A stretch of DNA of 53,218 nt, the filler included, from Sluysia triapertura (lineage: Eukaryota), in the NCBI GenBank assembly GCA_046118255.1. It is 4 parts of 4 records of this genome, joined end to end, with 100 filler letters (N's around TTAATTAATTAA, not from the genome) between each part and the next. Parts side by side here need not be neighbours in the genome. Positions count along the whole stretch, not along the records: positions 15,895 to 29,680 come from JBJNIA010020073.1; positions 29,781 to 42,219 come from JBJNIA010109424.1; 2 more parts are not named here. One strand, given 5' to 3'. This document shows, one piece after another, positions 25,463-38,260 of the stretch. Below the pieces are notes generated by a model. The model was not told the DNA's origin. It made no database searches and saw only the letters and a list, made by a program, of their open reading frames with translations. Within the stretch, counting starts at the first letter, position 1. Every line of letters begins with the position of its first letter. A program made the translations under genes and the position numbers.

Positions 25463-27314
25463 TTGTACTTACCATACATTGGATATTTAATATTATTTAT
25501 ATTGGGTATTCTGTTTATAATATTTTTGCCTATTGTTGGATTCTTTTTCTGTATTTGTCGTTGCTGTGGTAAGTGTGGTGGCCGTATTAAAGGAATGGAT
25601 CCTCCGCACGCTATTTGTAAACGTGCTACATACAGTATTTTCTTAGCTATCATATTTCTTGTAATGCTGTTAGTTTTTAATATTTTATTATAAATAATTA
25701 TTTTTGTGTAACTTAAGAATAATATTTTATTAAATTAATATATGTAATTGCATTTTTGTGAATGGTTTCAATTCTTGGTTTTGATGAGTACTTTAAAAAC
25801 ATAAAAGCATTAAAATATAGTAGAAAAAGGTAAACCATGTTTGTATTCTTGCATAGTTTGAAATGTATGATAGCTACACAAATCTATTCCAAAATGCCAA
25901 GAGTAAAACTTAGCACAATCTATTTAAATTTATAACATAAAAATGAAATGTAACAAGAGGGTTGAAAGGTCACAATGAAAAATTGATGAAAGGAAAAGTA
26001 AGCATCGCACAACATTGCTTAATTTCTTGAATATATTGTTTCGTTCCAGTGTAATATAATATATAAATTATAAAACATGAAATATAGTATTAAAATAAAA
26101 CATTATTTTAACATAGATATAATTATATAACAAACTAAATCATTTAGTTTTTTCGTTACTAACTGAACGTGACAAGATTCGAATCGTTAATTCATATATA
26201 TATAAAATTAGTGTTACTACTTTAAATTTTACAATTATTAAAATAACCACCTTAAAGTATATATTGCGCAAAATTTCATATTTTTCAATTAGATCATTAA
26301 TTATTGACATTTTCGTTTATGAATTTAATATTTTAATAAACGATTCATGTTTTATTTTATGGTAGCAGTAAATTAGTTTCTTTTTATATTAGAACTGGAC
26401 TTGTGTTGGCTTTTATTAATAACAAACTGATCCATGATACTCTGACGAATGAAAGTGATCAGATTAATGCTTTGAAGCAAATACGAAATGGTTTAAAACA
26501 AATTTCTGACGAAACGAAACAAATTAAATCAAATGTGACTACAATAATGCGGAGCGTACCTTCTCAAAGACAGAAAATGGTCGAAGAAGCAAAATTAGGC
26601 AATCGTTTGTTTATTTTACATAAGAAACTATAAATTTATTTATTTAGAATCAGCGAAGAACATGTTTGATAAAGTAAAGTATTCAGTTGATGAAATGTAT
26701 CTGAAGAATGAAATTCAGGTAATATGTACAAGTTAGTTTTAATTTATTATTTAATCATTAACAAGCTCATTAGAAATCTAAATTTGCTTGTACTTTTTAA
26801 AATGCTTTTCTATTGATTAACACAAGATACAACGAAATATAAAGTATTTCTATAGCGGCTTATCGAAAACACAAATCCCATAATGAAGAACTCTAATCAG
26901 ATTTTCAAATCACATGCACTTTCAAATTGAAGTTCAATCATGCATAATCGCTTTACAGGCAATTAACATTATATGCTACTTGTGGAGGTTTAATAATTCA
27001 ACGAATTCAATCATATATTCTTTAAACAATGAAGTTAAAAATAAATAAACCATATTATCAATAAAAATAGAATTTTATTTAACTAATATACTTTTTTGCG
27101 TGAATTCTAAAATTTGTGACTGTAAGAGTTTTTATGGGTTAAATCAAGCATGTGATTACTTATTATTACCTTTGTTAATTTTCAATAAATGAAATCAATT
27201 ATTTTTTATGCAGGTATTAGTAGTGCTGTACAAGAATTAAATTCAATTAAACAAGATACCAGAGAATTAAATAATCAGAATAATGAACTTAAAAAAGAAA
27301 GCAATAAATTAAAT
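25463..27314 (+). CDS. PROM: Prominin-family pentaspan membrane protein, partial; exons 25463-25668, 26393-26598 (or 26604), 26648-26718, 26856-~26928/26958, 27214-27314
   Basis: TM1 is followed by the diagnostic LPIVGFFFCICRCCGKCGG cysteine-rich loop, then TM2 continuing across the intron as TGLVLAFINN, then the helical first extracellular loop. Splice phases are consistent except at the fourth exon's donor. Confidence 0.9.
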
Positions 27315-27582
27315 GTTAGAATTATTATTACTATTTATTTATTTATTATATTTTACTAGTGCCTTTCTACATAATTAAATATATCCTTGATACATAGATG
27401 AAGAAATGATTTTTACCAATGATTGTACATCTTAGCAGGGGTTTCATCAAGAATGTATTTGCTTTTATACCGCGGCAATTATTATTCATTTAGTATTCAT
27501 ATGACTTTCGTTCATTTAAAGTATCATTTAAGGCAAAATTTAAAATATTTCCAAATTCTTAACTATTTTCAATAATCAAATA

Positions 27583-27736
27583 CATCTATACCTCGTTTTA
27601 CACGGTTTTGTGATACGTCGCTTTTACATTAAAATTAAAATTAAAAATTGAAAATTAACTGTCTATGATCAAAAGGAACAAATTTTCAATATTTAATGTT
27701 ACATTTTTTTGAACCGTGTAAAACGAGGGATATGCG
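27583..27736. mobile_element. ~154-bp Tigger/pogo-like MITE
   Basis: Inverted ends with a perfect core CCTCGTTTTACACGGTT / AACCGTGTAAAACGAGG, and TA flanks. Confidence 0.8.
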
Positions 27737-29680
27737 TATATTATGTAATAACTAATATTGAATGAAAAAGTCCAATCATTTATGCTATTTGGTTTTAATT
27801 CCTAATAATAGTAAACTTTAAATTTGAGTAACGATTTTATAGCTACGATTAATCTAGCGCAAAACAAATAGACTGCATCCTTTGGCTTAACTAAGGATGC
27901 AACTTACTAAATAAAACTTAAGATATCTAATTAATGAAGCATAGCAAAGATTTCTAGTATCATGAAAACCGTCACAACTATTTAGATAATTGCCTAAAAC
28001 GTAAAGTTAATTGAACTACCAAAACGTGAAGGTTGGTTCCAAGCGATTAACAATGAAATATCGTAAATTTTTAATCTTGTTAAGTCTTTCATTTGCTTAT
28101 TATCGTAGTCGTGAATTTTCTTATATGCTCGCTAGATGTTGACGCAATTATCAAATTTTCGATATTTTTAATTAAAGCAATATTTATTCATAATTGATTT
28201 AAATTTACATAATAATTAAAATAATAAAAATATTAAAATAAAGCAATATTTATTTTCTAATTCTAAATTTTAATTTACTATTTCACAAAACAATTCACTT
28301 GTTAAATAATCAGTTCGCTTAATCAGCAATATTTTACTCAAAAGTTTTACTCAAATCCGAAGAACACGATTAATAGGTTCTATATTCTTTGAAACACTGT
28401 TCGAGACTACAAAAAAGGGATTCCGTTTCAAGTCTGAAAATAAAAAAATGAAAATTTCAATGATTTTCCATTATTTTCTCATAAGGATATAGCGGATAAA
28501 AGTAAACAAGATGAAATTTCAAAGAAATATCGCAAATATGTTTATTGACATACTTACGCATTTGTAAATAATGTAATTTATTTCAATTAAAATGGAATGG
28601 AATTGAGAATTCAAACTTGATTTTCAAATTTCGTAATAATTCACATATAATTCTGAACAATTTTGCCTTTGAACATATCTCTATATCAAACAGATGACGT
28701 ATTTGGAAATAATTTTATATTAAATAATATATGTATTTTATACTTTTTCAAAATAATTATTCGAAAATCGTTAATTCGAAACCTGTGTTCGCCAAGTGTC
28801 GTATTTTTCGTGATTTATTAGTATTTTAATCAAAAATTAAATTCTAAATTTTTAATTATCTACTTATTCTTTTGTACGACAACTCTTACAAACCTATAAA
28901 CTGTTCGGATTTCTTATATATGATCACAAAATTCTTTATTAAAATATTGAAAAAGAACAACATCTTATTGTTTTATTAGTAAAGAAAAATTTCCATGCTT
29001 TTATTAATATTATTTTGCCGATTAAATGTGTTTTCCTTAAAATTGTAACTGAATTATTTTAAAATTTAAAAAATACGAAATATTCGATAATCTTGCAAAG
29101 AGAATTGTTTTCAATTAACTTAATTAAAATCTAAATAAGTATTATGCATTTTTGAATTAATTGTGTACTAGATTTCGATAATGTAGAATTAACGCAGTTT
29201 ATTATTATTAAATCAGTTATGAGATGTTGTGAAGCTACTGTTTAAGCATGAACAAACATTCAATTGTTAAATTAACAATGAATGTGAAAAACATACTTTC
29301 GACCATAATATGTTATTTATTTAAATTTAAATAGTAAAAAAATACAATTTGTGAAAAAAAATTCGCAAATAACTATAACTGCTAAAGAATTAAAATTCTA
29401 AAATTTAACAAGAGAGAAATTAACCAAGATAAAATTTTAAATTAACAATTCGTTTTAATATATGGTAATAGACACTAAATCAAAGTAAATATTAAAATAA
29501 CAATAAATAAAACAAAAAATTAAAATTTTGTTATAACTTGTTATAAAAAGTTCTAAATAAATATAATTTTGTAAGTAACAATTTTGTGACAAAATTAAAA
29601 TTTCGATTAATAATTCTAAAATGTAAATTTTTTGAAAAAACTATTAAATTTTATACAGTTCATGTCAAAAATAAAATACA

Positions 29681-29780
29681 NNNNNNNNNNNNNNNNNNNN
29701 NNNNNNNNNNNNNNNNNNNNNNNNTTAATTAATTAANNNNNNNNNNNNNNNNNNNNNNNNNNNNNNNNNNNNNNNNNNNN
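29681..29780. other. Artificial contig linker
   Basis: N44-TTAATTAATTAA-N44. Confidence 0.97.

Positions 29781-29852
<72 letters not shown>
29781..29852. repeat. (TTA)n microsatellite at the contig start
   Basis: Perfect TTA run seen directly. Confidence 0.95.
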
Positions 29853-29853
<1 letters not shown>

Positions 29854-29905
29854 TGATGTTATTTTTTAATACTTCTGATTTTCGTTATATTCTAATTTTT
29901 GAATT

Positions 29906-31433
29906 AGAAGTTTCTTAAAGTAAGAAAGTCAACTTACAGTTACAGGAACACCCATTCTTCGTTTTAAGTCGTTTACTCTAACCGAACCCTGCTCAATTTT
30001 ATTTGGCCGTAGGTTTAGAGTTAATAAAACCACTACATATATTAGGGCTAATGATGGGGAGGGCCGGCACTGATAATCGAAAAACACGGATAATTGGCAA
30101 AATAATAAATAATAATAAATACAAAAATAATTAAAAAATGCTAGTTTAATACAAAAACAATGAAAATATATTCAATGCTTTATTAAAAAATAGGTAATTT
30201 TGGTTTGTTTAAGTGAATTTCTCAATGACTTTTTAATATAATATCGAATTTTTCTTAAAGATATTACATCGTTATAGTTCGAAGCACTACTGATTGATAT
30301 ATTAGTGTAAAGCATCGACAGAAGTCAGTGCTGCGTCGTGACTAATACGATTGGTAATATCTTCTATCTCACTTTCAGTCTCAAATTTATTTTCATTTAG
30401 ATTTGAAATTAGATTTGAAATGTCTCTCTGTATCTGAAATCCTGGATCTGATGAATCAAATTCCATCCAATATTTTGGTCATCAACATTTTTCAAAGTCA
30501 TTTTAATTTTTCATTTGTTCACATAATTCTGAAATGTTACATATCTCAGGTTCGATAGACTCCGAAACATTACTTTCTACATTTGACAAAATTTTCAACC
30601 ACTATCAAACTAGTGTTATTGGCTTAATTTTGTTCCAAGATTTAACAGCTCCATATATTGCATCCAACAATGTCATTTTTTCTATAAATTCATTAAATCA
30701 TCATTCTCGCTACAAAAGCTTCAAAGGAGATCATTGCGATAATGGCGTTTCATTAAAGAGATAACTCCTTGATCCATAGGTTGAATTAAAGATGTTAAGT
30801 AGGTATTTTGCAGTATGCTTTCAGTTTGATTTCATTCGGATTCTTTCATTATGCTTTCAGTATGTTTTCATTAACTAATAAGAGTACTGCCTTCTGTGGA
30901 AATCCTTTTGAGGTATCCTTACGGAACTCCCCATCTTGCACATACAACGTGAACACTGAAAGACTGGTTTGAGAATTTATTGACGTAGATTTACGGTGCT
31001 TTGTCCTATTCTTAATTTCTTTGACATTGCTTGACGTATTCATTGGGTAAAAATTTTACCAAAAAATTTTTCAATAAATTCGTTGATGACGTCAGTGTTG
31101 GTGAGGCACCACACACTTACTTTTTCAAAAATCTCGAATTTCTGGGACCCATTTTTTTAAAACAATGTTCATAAATCCTTCTATCCATCCATGCTCCTTT
31201 TTGATTGTAGTAGTCAACAGGAAGATACTTTATTTCTGTTCTTTTTTGCATTTTCTAAAAATTATCCACGGATAATCGAGAGTTTACTGTATCTATTTGC
31301 TGTGGTTTTACTAACACTTAACCTAGAACAAAAATATTTTTGAGCAGGGTTAGGTTAGAGTAAACGTCTTATATTGTAAAGAGGGCGTTTCTTTAACAAT
31401 AAGTTAACAATTACCTACAAAGTAATGACTCTA
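29906..31433. mobile_element. Foldback-type element with ~130-bp imperfect inverted arms (29906-30036 and 31298-31433) enclosing a pogo relic
   Basis: The left arm cgtttactctaaccgaaccctgctcaa...taggtttagagttaataaaaccac is the reverse complement of the right arm gtggttttactaacacttaacctag...ttgagcagggttaggttagagtaaacg. Confidence 0.8.
30046..31289 (-). mobile_element. Decayed pogo/Tigger DDE_1 transposon
   Basis: Minus-strand peptide relics PVDYYNQKGAWMD..VPEIRDFL, GFPQKAVLLLVN and TSLIQPMDQGVISLMKRHYRNDL. A TIR CGGATAATCGAGAGTTTACTG+TA ends at 31289, and GATAATCG subterminal motifs lie at ~30072-30093. Confidence 0.88.
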
Positions 31434-31945
31434 TATAATAAATTTAATGATAGGTCTAAAAAAACTTAATAAATAAGGGCTCGAATTATTACACAAAACA
31501 TGAAACCAAAAATGTGAATCCAAAAACTTTTATTACAAAAAATTAAATAATATAAATTGCCTTAAGATGAAGAAACAACAGGGTTAAAATAAAGATCGAA
31601 TTTTAATAAAAACTGGTTAAAGTTAAGCTAATAATTATTATTTAATTTATAAAAATGATAGTTTATCCTATATTTTGCTCATCAATATATCGGAGAAACT
31701 TTTCACTTTATTAAATAGATTTTAATTTTGAGTAGATTTTATGATATTAATTTTCTTATAAAAATAAATTATTTTACATGGAATTGTATATAATTCGAAA
31801 ATTGGCCAATAGACGAATTGTAATACAGTACAAAATCCAAAATTGGCGATTTTCATTGTACTGATGCTAGCTTATATACCAGTCATCAACCAATGAAAAT
31901 CGATGGAATGTATTATACATTTTCTTCTGCGAATAGTAGTCCTTG

Positions 31946-32333
31946 GAATGGCTTTTGTTACGTGATCTTATTGTTGCTTGATTTTTGTTCAGCGTGAGCT
32001 TCTGGACCCTCATTCTTAAAAATGCAGCAAGTGACTTTAGATTTAAACTAACGTATCTTCGTTATTAAGAATTACTAAAGAACTCAGTTTATGCTAAAAA
32101 GCCTAGGACAATTGATCAACTAAAACAAAGCATTCAGCACGAATGGAACCAAATTTCAGAGGAAACTTGCCAAAAAGTATGTCGCAGTGCTGTCAAAAGA
32201 TGTCGAGATTTTATTGAATCTCAAGTTGTACATTTTGAACATTTCTAAATACTATATGTACATATTAAATTTGTCGTTTTTGATGTCTAATTTTTATTTA
32301 AGTTTGCGGTTCGGTTACTTTTGGGGCACCCTG
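31946..32333 (+). mobile_element. 3' fragment of a Tc1/mariner (Tc3/DD34-37D-like) transposon
   Basis: KNSVYAKKPRTIDQLKQSIQHEWNQISEETCQKVCRSAVKRCRDFIESQVVHFEHF* is a typical transposase C-terminus. It is followed by a TIR-like end ACTTTTGGGGCACCCTG. Confidence 0.85.
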
Positions 32334-33876
32334 CATATGCAAGATTTTCTGCGATTAAAATGTGTTTACTATAAGAAATGTTATGCACGTGAATCCCTTA
32401 CAATCTTAGTCTTACGCACTTAAGGGATAAGTTGTAAGTAGCAATCAAAAGATAGTTAATGGAGGTTAACAATTATTTTAAGTGATCAATTATCTCTTAA
32501 ATGTCTCATGAATTTTTATATTTCTTGTAGAGCAATGTCAGCTTAATGATCCAAACTGTTTTTAAGAACTTATTAATAATAAAGTTATGTTGCAATTAGA
32601 TTTTAAGTTAATTGTAGGGTAATAATATTTACTCGAAAAAAATTTTAATGACTTTACTACCGTTCTTTTATTAAAAACGGTTAAATGTATTAAATGTATT
32701 TTACTACCGATAAAATCGGATTCTATCTTTCAAAAATTTTAGTGATTTTAAGTATGTAAGTTACGACCGAATATAAAATCGGCACCTTAAAATTCGATAT
32801 AATGAAATAATCAATAAAATTCAGTTTATATACTAGCTATCAGCCAATGAAAATCGGTAGAATGTTATATAACATTCTAGAAGCTTCTATTCTATTTATA
32901 GAAGCAAATTTTCTTTGTTGGAAAATTAATATTTTTTAGGTGCTTTTTGACACATAAATAATTTTAAATGATTTTAAAGGGTCATGATGCCAGACCTAAC
33001 AGAGTATGCCTTAATGTTTCCGAAAACTAACTTAGGAGGAATTCTCTTGTTATAGATATCAAGTACTTAGATTAAAACCTTACTTATTTTACCAAAGATA
33101 AGTAGAATCAAGCTTCACATCAATTATCAGACCAACGAGGTCGAATATAACTAGTTATAATAATCGATTATAACTAGTTAATTAAAACAACTAATAAAGT
33201 AAAAAAAATTGTAAAATTAACCAATCTAAGTTTGTAGTTAAACATCTATGATAAATTTAAATTTAGGTCATTTAAATTTTTGGATGCAAACAATAATTTA
33301 TTAAAATGATTAAAATTTAAAAATGTTCAAATTGAAATTTATGTATAAAATCAAAAAATGGTTGTTTTACTTAGTAAGTAAAGTGCATTAATTTAATTAA
33401 AAATTTTTACTTTTTGCTTTTAAATTACTTATAATAAAAATTTTATTAATTTAAGAAATTTAGCCTGCAACTAATATAAAAATTTTAGTTTGCACACACT
33501 TAAATCAGTATGTATGCACAATTTTAGAGTACAATATCAGGATGTAGTGACACTTAATCGTATTTAATAATTTTTTTATTTAAATAAATAAATTTATTTT
33601 TAAATAAAAATTTATTTGTTAGTTATTTTTTATGCCTAAATATAAATATGTTATTTGGAACTAGTTCAAAAGGTAAACATACAGTGATATATTGCAATTA
33701 TGAATACATTAAAAGCAAACTTACGCCTTGAAAGCATAAGCCAAAATCTTTGGAGCACAATTTCTATTATTTCTTTAAAATAACAATTGAAAAATAAATT
33801 TCTGATGGAAGATATTTTTGGTTTCGTTACGTAAATCATTTAAATTTAGTTTTAAATAAAATTAATCGATACGTAC

Positions 33877-34002
33877 TACAGTTTTGTTCATTTCTAGCTT
33901 CTATAGTAAGCTCATATTGGTTCTGCATTTCACGATCAAATTCTTTTAATCCATATAAACGTCCGGTATCTGGATGAAGAAATAAATGATCTTTTGCATT
34001 TC
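33877..34002 (-). CDS. Cadherin-repeat exon (protocadherin/Fat/Dachsous-type gene, partial)
   Basis: Bounded by ttcag| and |gtacgt. It encodes GNAKDHLFLHPDTGRLYGLKEFDREMQNQYELTIEARNEQNC, with the GN..F.I...TG, (L/F)DRE and YxLxxxA cadherin motifs. Confidence 0.85.
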
Positions 34003-34446
34003 CTGAATACAAAATACAATTAAATGCTTTGATTATTTCTTAAAAAATTATATCGTTTAATTTCTTTTTAAAATTCAATAATTTTAATGATTAAAATCAT
34101 GGAAAAATTACACATAATATCAAATTATCAAGATTTAACAGAAAACGATGAATTAATTGAAAATAAAACTATTTTCTTACAAGTACGAACGGGGAACTTA
34201 ATCGGTATTAGTGCTAGTGGTAGAGTTCGAATTAGTTTAGTATTTTAATTAGTGATGTTATAAATTCTTTATTTATTTCTAATAAAACAGCACCAAAATG
34301 AGTTGGCAAGATTTGTACACGTGATTTCAATTTATAAATTATATCTTATAAAAGGTACATTTCATACGAGTTAAATAAGCTAAGTTTAATGTCTGTTGAT
34401 ATTTCATCTAAATCTGCCGGACAAAAATTTTTGTTTACAATTAGAG

Positions 34447-34520
34447 GACGATTTTAGTGCGCTGGGCGGTTTCAGTACGTCGGTCGATTTTAGTACACCA
34501 GATGATTTTGGCAAAATTGG
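34447..34520. repeat. Degenerate ~19-20-bp tandem repeat (x4)
   Basis: Units cgattttagtgcgctggg / cggtttcagtacgtcggt / cgattttagtacaccaga / tgattttggcaaaattgg. Confidence 0.65.
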
Positions 34521-35493
34521 TATTCTTTTATCTACTTGAATATGAGACATTGTATGTATATAGTCATATCTTTGTTAATGTATGTAGATAGAAACATTTA
34601 TGCGCATATAAATAGGTACCAAGAAATCGTTTCGTCATTTTTACATCATGTTAGCAATAATTAATTACAAAGGTCACATTTTAAATAATATTTAAAATTT
34701 AATCAATAGATGCCAAAACATTGTGCATGCAAATTAAAAGATTATTCATTGGTTATTTGTAGAATTATGGGATGTAAGAAACTAACAGAATATATTTCAT
34801 ATCCAAATTTATTGCATATACTCATGTACAGTCAGATTCAAAATGGACGAATCAATTAATTTATACAAGCTATAAACTAAGCTTAGCAACAAATTCATAT
34901 GTGAACCTAAAATTTTTGAAATAGTCTTTTGTGGTTAAATATTTTTGTTAGTGGTAAAGTTGTGCTTAGCATTAAAAACTTGCAACTCTCTAAGTTGGTA
35001 GAAAAAATTAAAAATAATTTGGTTTCTCACTTATAAGTGAATAATTTAAAGTAAAAAACAGTGTATAAATTAGTGCATTTAGAGAAACATTTATTATTAA
35101 TTATTATCAATTATTATGAATCAAATATATCTTCAGCCTTATAAACAGTACCAAGTAGCTCGCCAAAATTTGGCCGAAATGGAGAGACTTTAAAGGACCG
35201 CTGATGATCAACAAATTGCTACAGAAGATCCAAAATATTATCCGAAAGAAACAAATGATTTTATTAGTTTTTTGTTTAATGTTTTTAAAATATATTGAGG
35301 TTCCAAATATTTTGTTAATTTTGTCATATGTTTGGGGGATAAAATATTCGTAGTAGTACCATAAAATCATTTTAAATTAACACTAAAGATACTTATATTT
35401 ACGATACAAAATTATTTAAACAATATAAAAACTTGTAGAACGAACTAATTTTAATATTAATTAATATGACTAAAGCACCAAAAATAATTATAC

Positions 35494-35494
<1 letters not shown>

Positions 35495-35559
<65 letters not shown>

Positions 35560-35578
35560 TACTACTAATAATAATAAT
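35495..35578. repeat. (AAT)n microsatellite
   Basis: AAT run seen directly. Confidence 0.95.
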
Positions 35579-35824
35579 TTAATTGAATAATACCATAAGA
35601 ATTTAGAACTGTAAATATAATAACAATAAACAGTAATTAGTTTAAATAAATTAGTATAAATAATTTAAAGAATCAGTTTAAAATAAATTGTTAATTTTAA
35701 CAAAAGCAAATTATATAAAGTTTAAACGTTAAAGTGCATAATTTATAATTGCTATATTTAATATTGAATAAGTTATATTTCGCTTAGTATAAGGACCCTC
35801 TTTACGCCGTATATTGACATTTAC

Positions 35825-35874
35825 CTGTAACCGTGTCCTCCATAGGGACATGAATCACTGGATCACAGACGAAC
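35825..35874 (-). CDS. Probable 50-nt upstream exon of the cadherin gene
   Basis: Bounded by ttatag| and CAG|gtaaat. It encodes FVCDPVIHVPMEDTVTG, resembling the F...VxE...G start of a cadherin repeat. Confidence 0.45.
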
Positions 35875-36569
35875 CTATAAGTAAAAATTAATTATAATTG
35901 TTGAGTTTTTTAAGAAAGAACACAACAGAACCTTACTCAAATTATAATGACATAAGTGCAGGGTCATATTTTGTGTTATAATAATTTTGTGTATATTCTG
36001 ACAGAAATTTTGTATTTTTAATAGTTTAAAATGAGCTCAATGATCATATTGTAACGTGATTAAATTGAATTAACTGACTTTGACATTTTTGTAGATTGTT
36101 TAATATTGTGATTATATATTAAAGATAGGAAGACAATTGTCTTTTATTCTTAAAATGTAAATGTAGTACTAAGTATCAAAGATGAGGTTAGTCTCATTCA
36201 GAAATGAAGATATCTTCGGATGGTAATAACATTTAAATGATATCAATTTTTTTCTAGTCTAGATCACGATGAATAGTGTTTAAAGAGATTGGAATTTCTT
36301 CGGAGGGGCATACAATTCTTAAACTATATAATTATCATCGCTGCAAGATTTGATATGTATTAGAATATGTAAAAGCTCAAAATCGATCATAAACACAATC
36401 ATAGACAAACATCAACACAATGCAACACATTTCTCATAAATAAAATCATACTAAAAATAGCAACAGTTTTTAAGATAGCTATCTTTAAAATAGAGTAAAT
36501 GTTGAGGTAAAAGGCCTAAAAAGTGCCAAGTAGTATAATTGAATATATTGAAAATGAAATTGTTAGACA

Positions 36570-36642
36570 GTGCTGATAGCTCAGTGGTAGAGCAGTCGGA
36601 CTGCGCAGACGATGGTCCCGGGTTCGATCCCCGGTCAGTCCA
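36570..36642 (+). pseudogene. tRNA-like sequence, second copy of 7494-7566
   Basis: Intact D arm GCTC-AGTGGTA-GAGC, intact T arm CCGGG-TTCGATC-CCCGG, acceptor 3' strand TCAGTCC-A, then TTTTACGAAGTCTA as in copy 1. The anticodon arm does not pair canonically. Confidence 0.8.
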
Positions 36643-37534
36643 TTTTACGAAGTCTAACATAAACAATATTAAGAATTAATCTTAATATTTTAATATATTT
36701 CATTCGATTGTAGTCATTAATGTCATAATATTTCCATATTGTACATTTTTATTTAATTCTTAACTCTGTATTCTTAGTATTATTAGATTTATTTTATTGT
36801 TCATCAGACTAAATAATTGATTTAATATCAAAATCTAATAGATATAAAAGAAAGTGTAAGTGTATACTGCGGTTGAAGATTCTATAATTATAATTAAAAA
36901 ATGCGTTACAGAAATATTTAACTTTGTTGAGTAAATTCTAATAAAAGTTATAAATCGAGTAAGAATATATTGAATTTGGAATAATTAATTGTTGTCTAAC
37001 TACGTACAAAAGTTGAATTAAACGAAAGAATCATCTACGCAGATTAAAGAAGAGTTTGCATAAGTAGTGGGTTCTAAACCGAATCAAAAAATAAACTATT
37101 ACGCAAAAGGAATAAGAAATAAACTCGATGGCATAATCACTTGCTAGATCATTAAAAAATATTAAAGAACAAGTATTTACTCTCAGAGTCAAGTAATCGT
37201 TTTGCATTTGTTAATGAAGAAATCTTATAGAAGTGCCTTAGAATATAAGATATTTAGGTAAACATATTTTTCATAATTTTTAGAAAAACATTTATCTAAT
37301 TTTTCATTGTTAGCTCTTCAAAAACCTTCCTTTGAATCTTCACTGGTTTGATTAAAGTTATGCGTAACTTATACGTATATTTTTGTGAAATATCAAAAAT
37401 CCTAAAGTTTTCTTCAGTCATGCTTTCATGAATAATATTTGAATAAACAAATAATGTTTATTCATAAACTGGAACTGGTTCAAAAAGCATTATATGGAAA
37501 GAATTGTTGATAGCAAGTACTAGGGTTTTCTTAA

Positions 37535-38260
37535 GAACAGAATAAAAAATTTTCTTACAGTGAGTCCACCAACGTACTAGATTAGGGCTAGTCGTTGGAT
37601 TTTAGAAATAGTTAAGTGAAACAAAAGTTGTGATTGAACCAATGTCCGTAAGGATTCTCTTACCTTATATTACTTTATCAATACAAGTAATATTATGATA
37701 ATTTTACGAAAATCTGTGAAAGGATTCAAAATAGTATGTTACAAAGAATCTATTAAAAAGATTCCGAAAAAGTATAAGTTATTTTATTTACCTTAAAGTT
37801 TACATATAATTCATTAAAAGAATTCTGAAATGATATATTACGTAAAATCTGTAACAAGATTCAAATAATTTTGGTCTAAAATCAAAAATTTTATTAACAC
37901 GAAAGTTTATCAGATTTAACAAAGATTGAATAGTTACAATTATATTTAAAAATATAATAATGTTTGATAACAAATTATGGCAATTAACTGCTACAATGGT
38001 TGATTCAATGAATAATTTTAGAAGTGATTTTACAAATGGAACTATTAAACAGTTCCAGAAATTTGTTACATTTAAAAATTTAAGTCAGTATTTTACGGAT
38101 CTTATAATAATAAACGATATAACGATATAAAAATTTCCAGCGAATTAACTGCTGACAGATTAAATACCAAAATTACACGGGAGGTTGTATGACAAATTGT
38201 GAGTTTAATGAAAATTTTTACTAGTATTTATGGTTTTAAGTAAATTGACCTTGATTATGT
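37535..38260 (+). repeat. Dispersed repeat family A, copy 3 (core 37560-37598, apex of hairpin deleted)
   Basis: Core gtgagtccaccaacgtactagattagggctagtcgttggattt, followed by repeated ttttacg.aaatctgt blocks. Confidence 0.75.

Noticed and set aside
26599-26647. GC-AG intron in prominin
   Set aside because: An in-phase canonical donor (C|gtttgt at 26605) exists 6 nt downstream, so GC use cannot be established from sequence alone.
26928-26930. Genome-wide TGA reassignment
   Set aside because: Only one questionable case. The other host exons contain no in-frame TGA, and Trp is encoded by TGG in the beta-catenin exon.
35107-35240. Minus-strand frame GELLGTVYKAEDI resembling a cadherin segment
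   Set aside because: Phase does not fit the neighbouring exons, the frame runs into a stop without a GT donor, and the plus strand looks equally coding.
36570-36642. Functional tRNA gene
   Set aside because: The anticodon stem does not pair, the loop differs between the two copies, and the acceptor stem has a mismatch.
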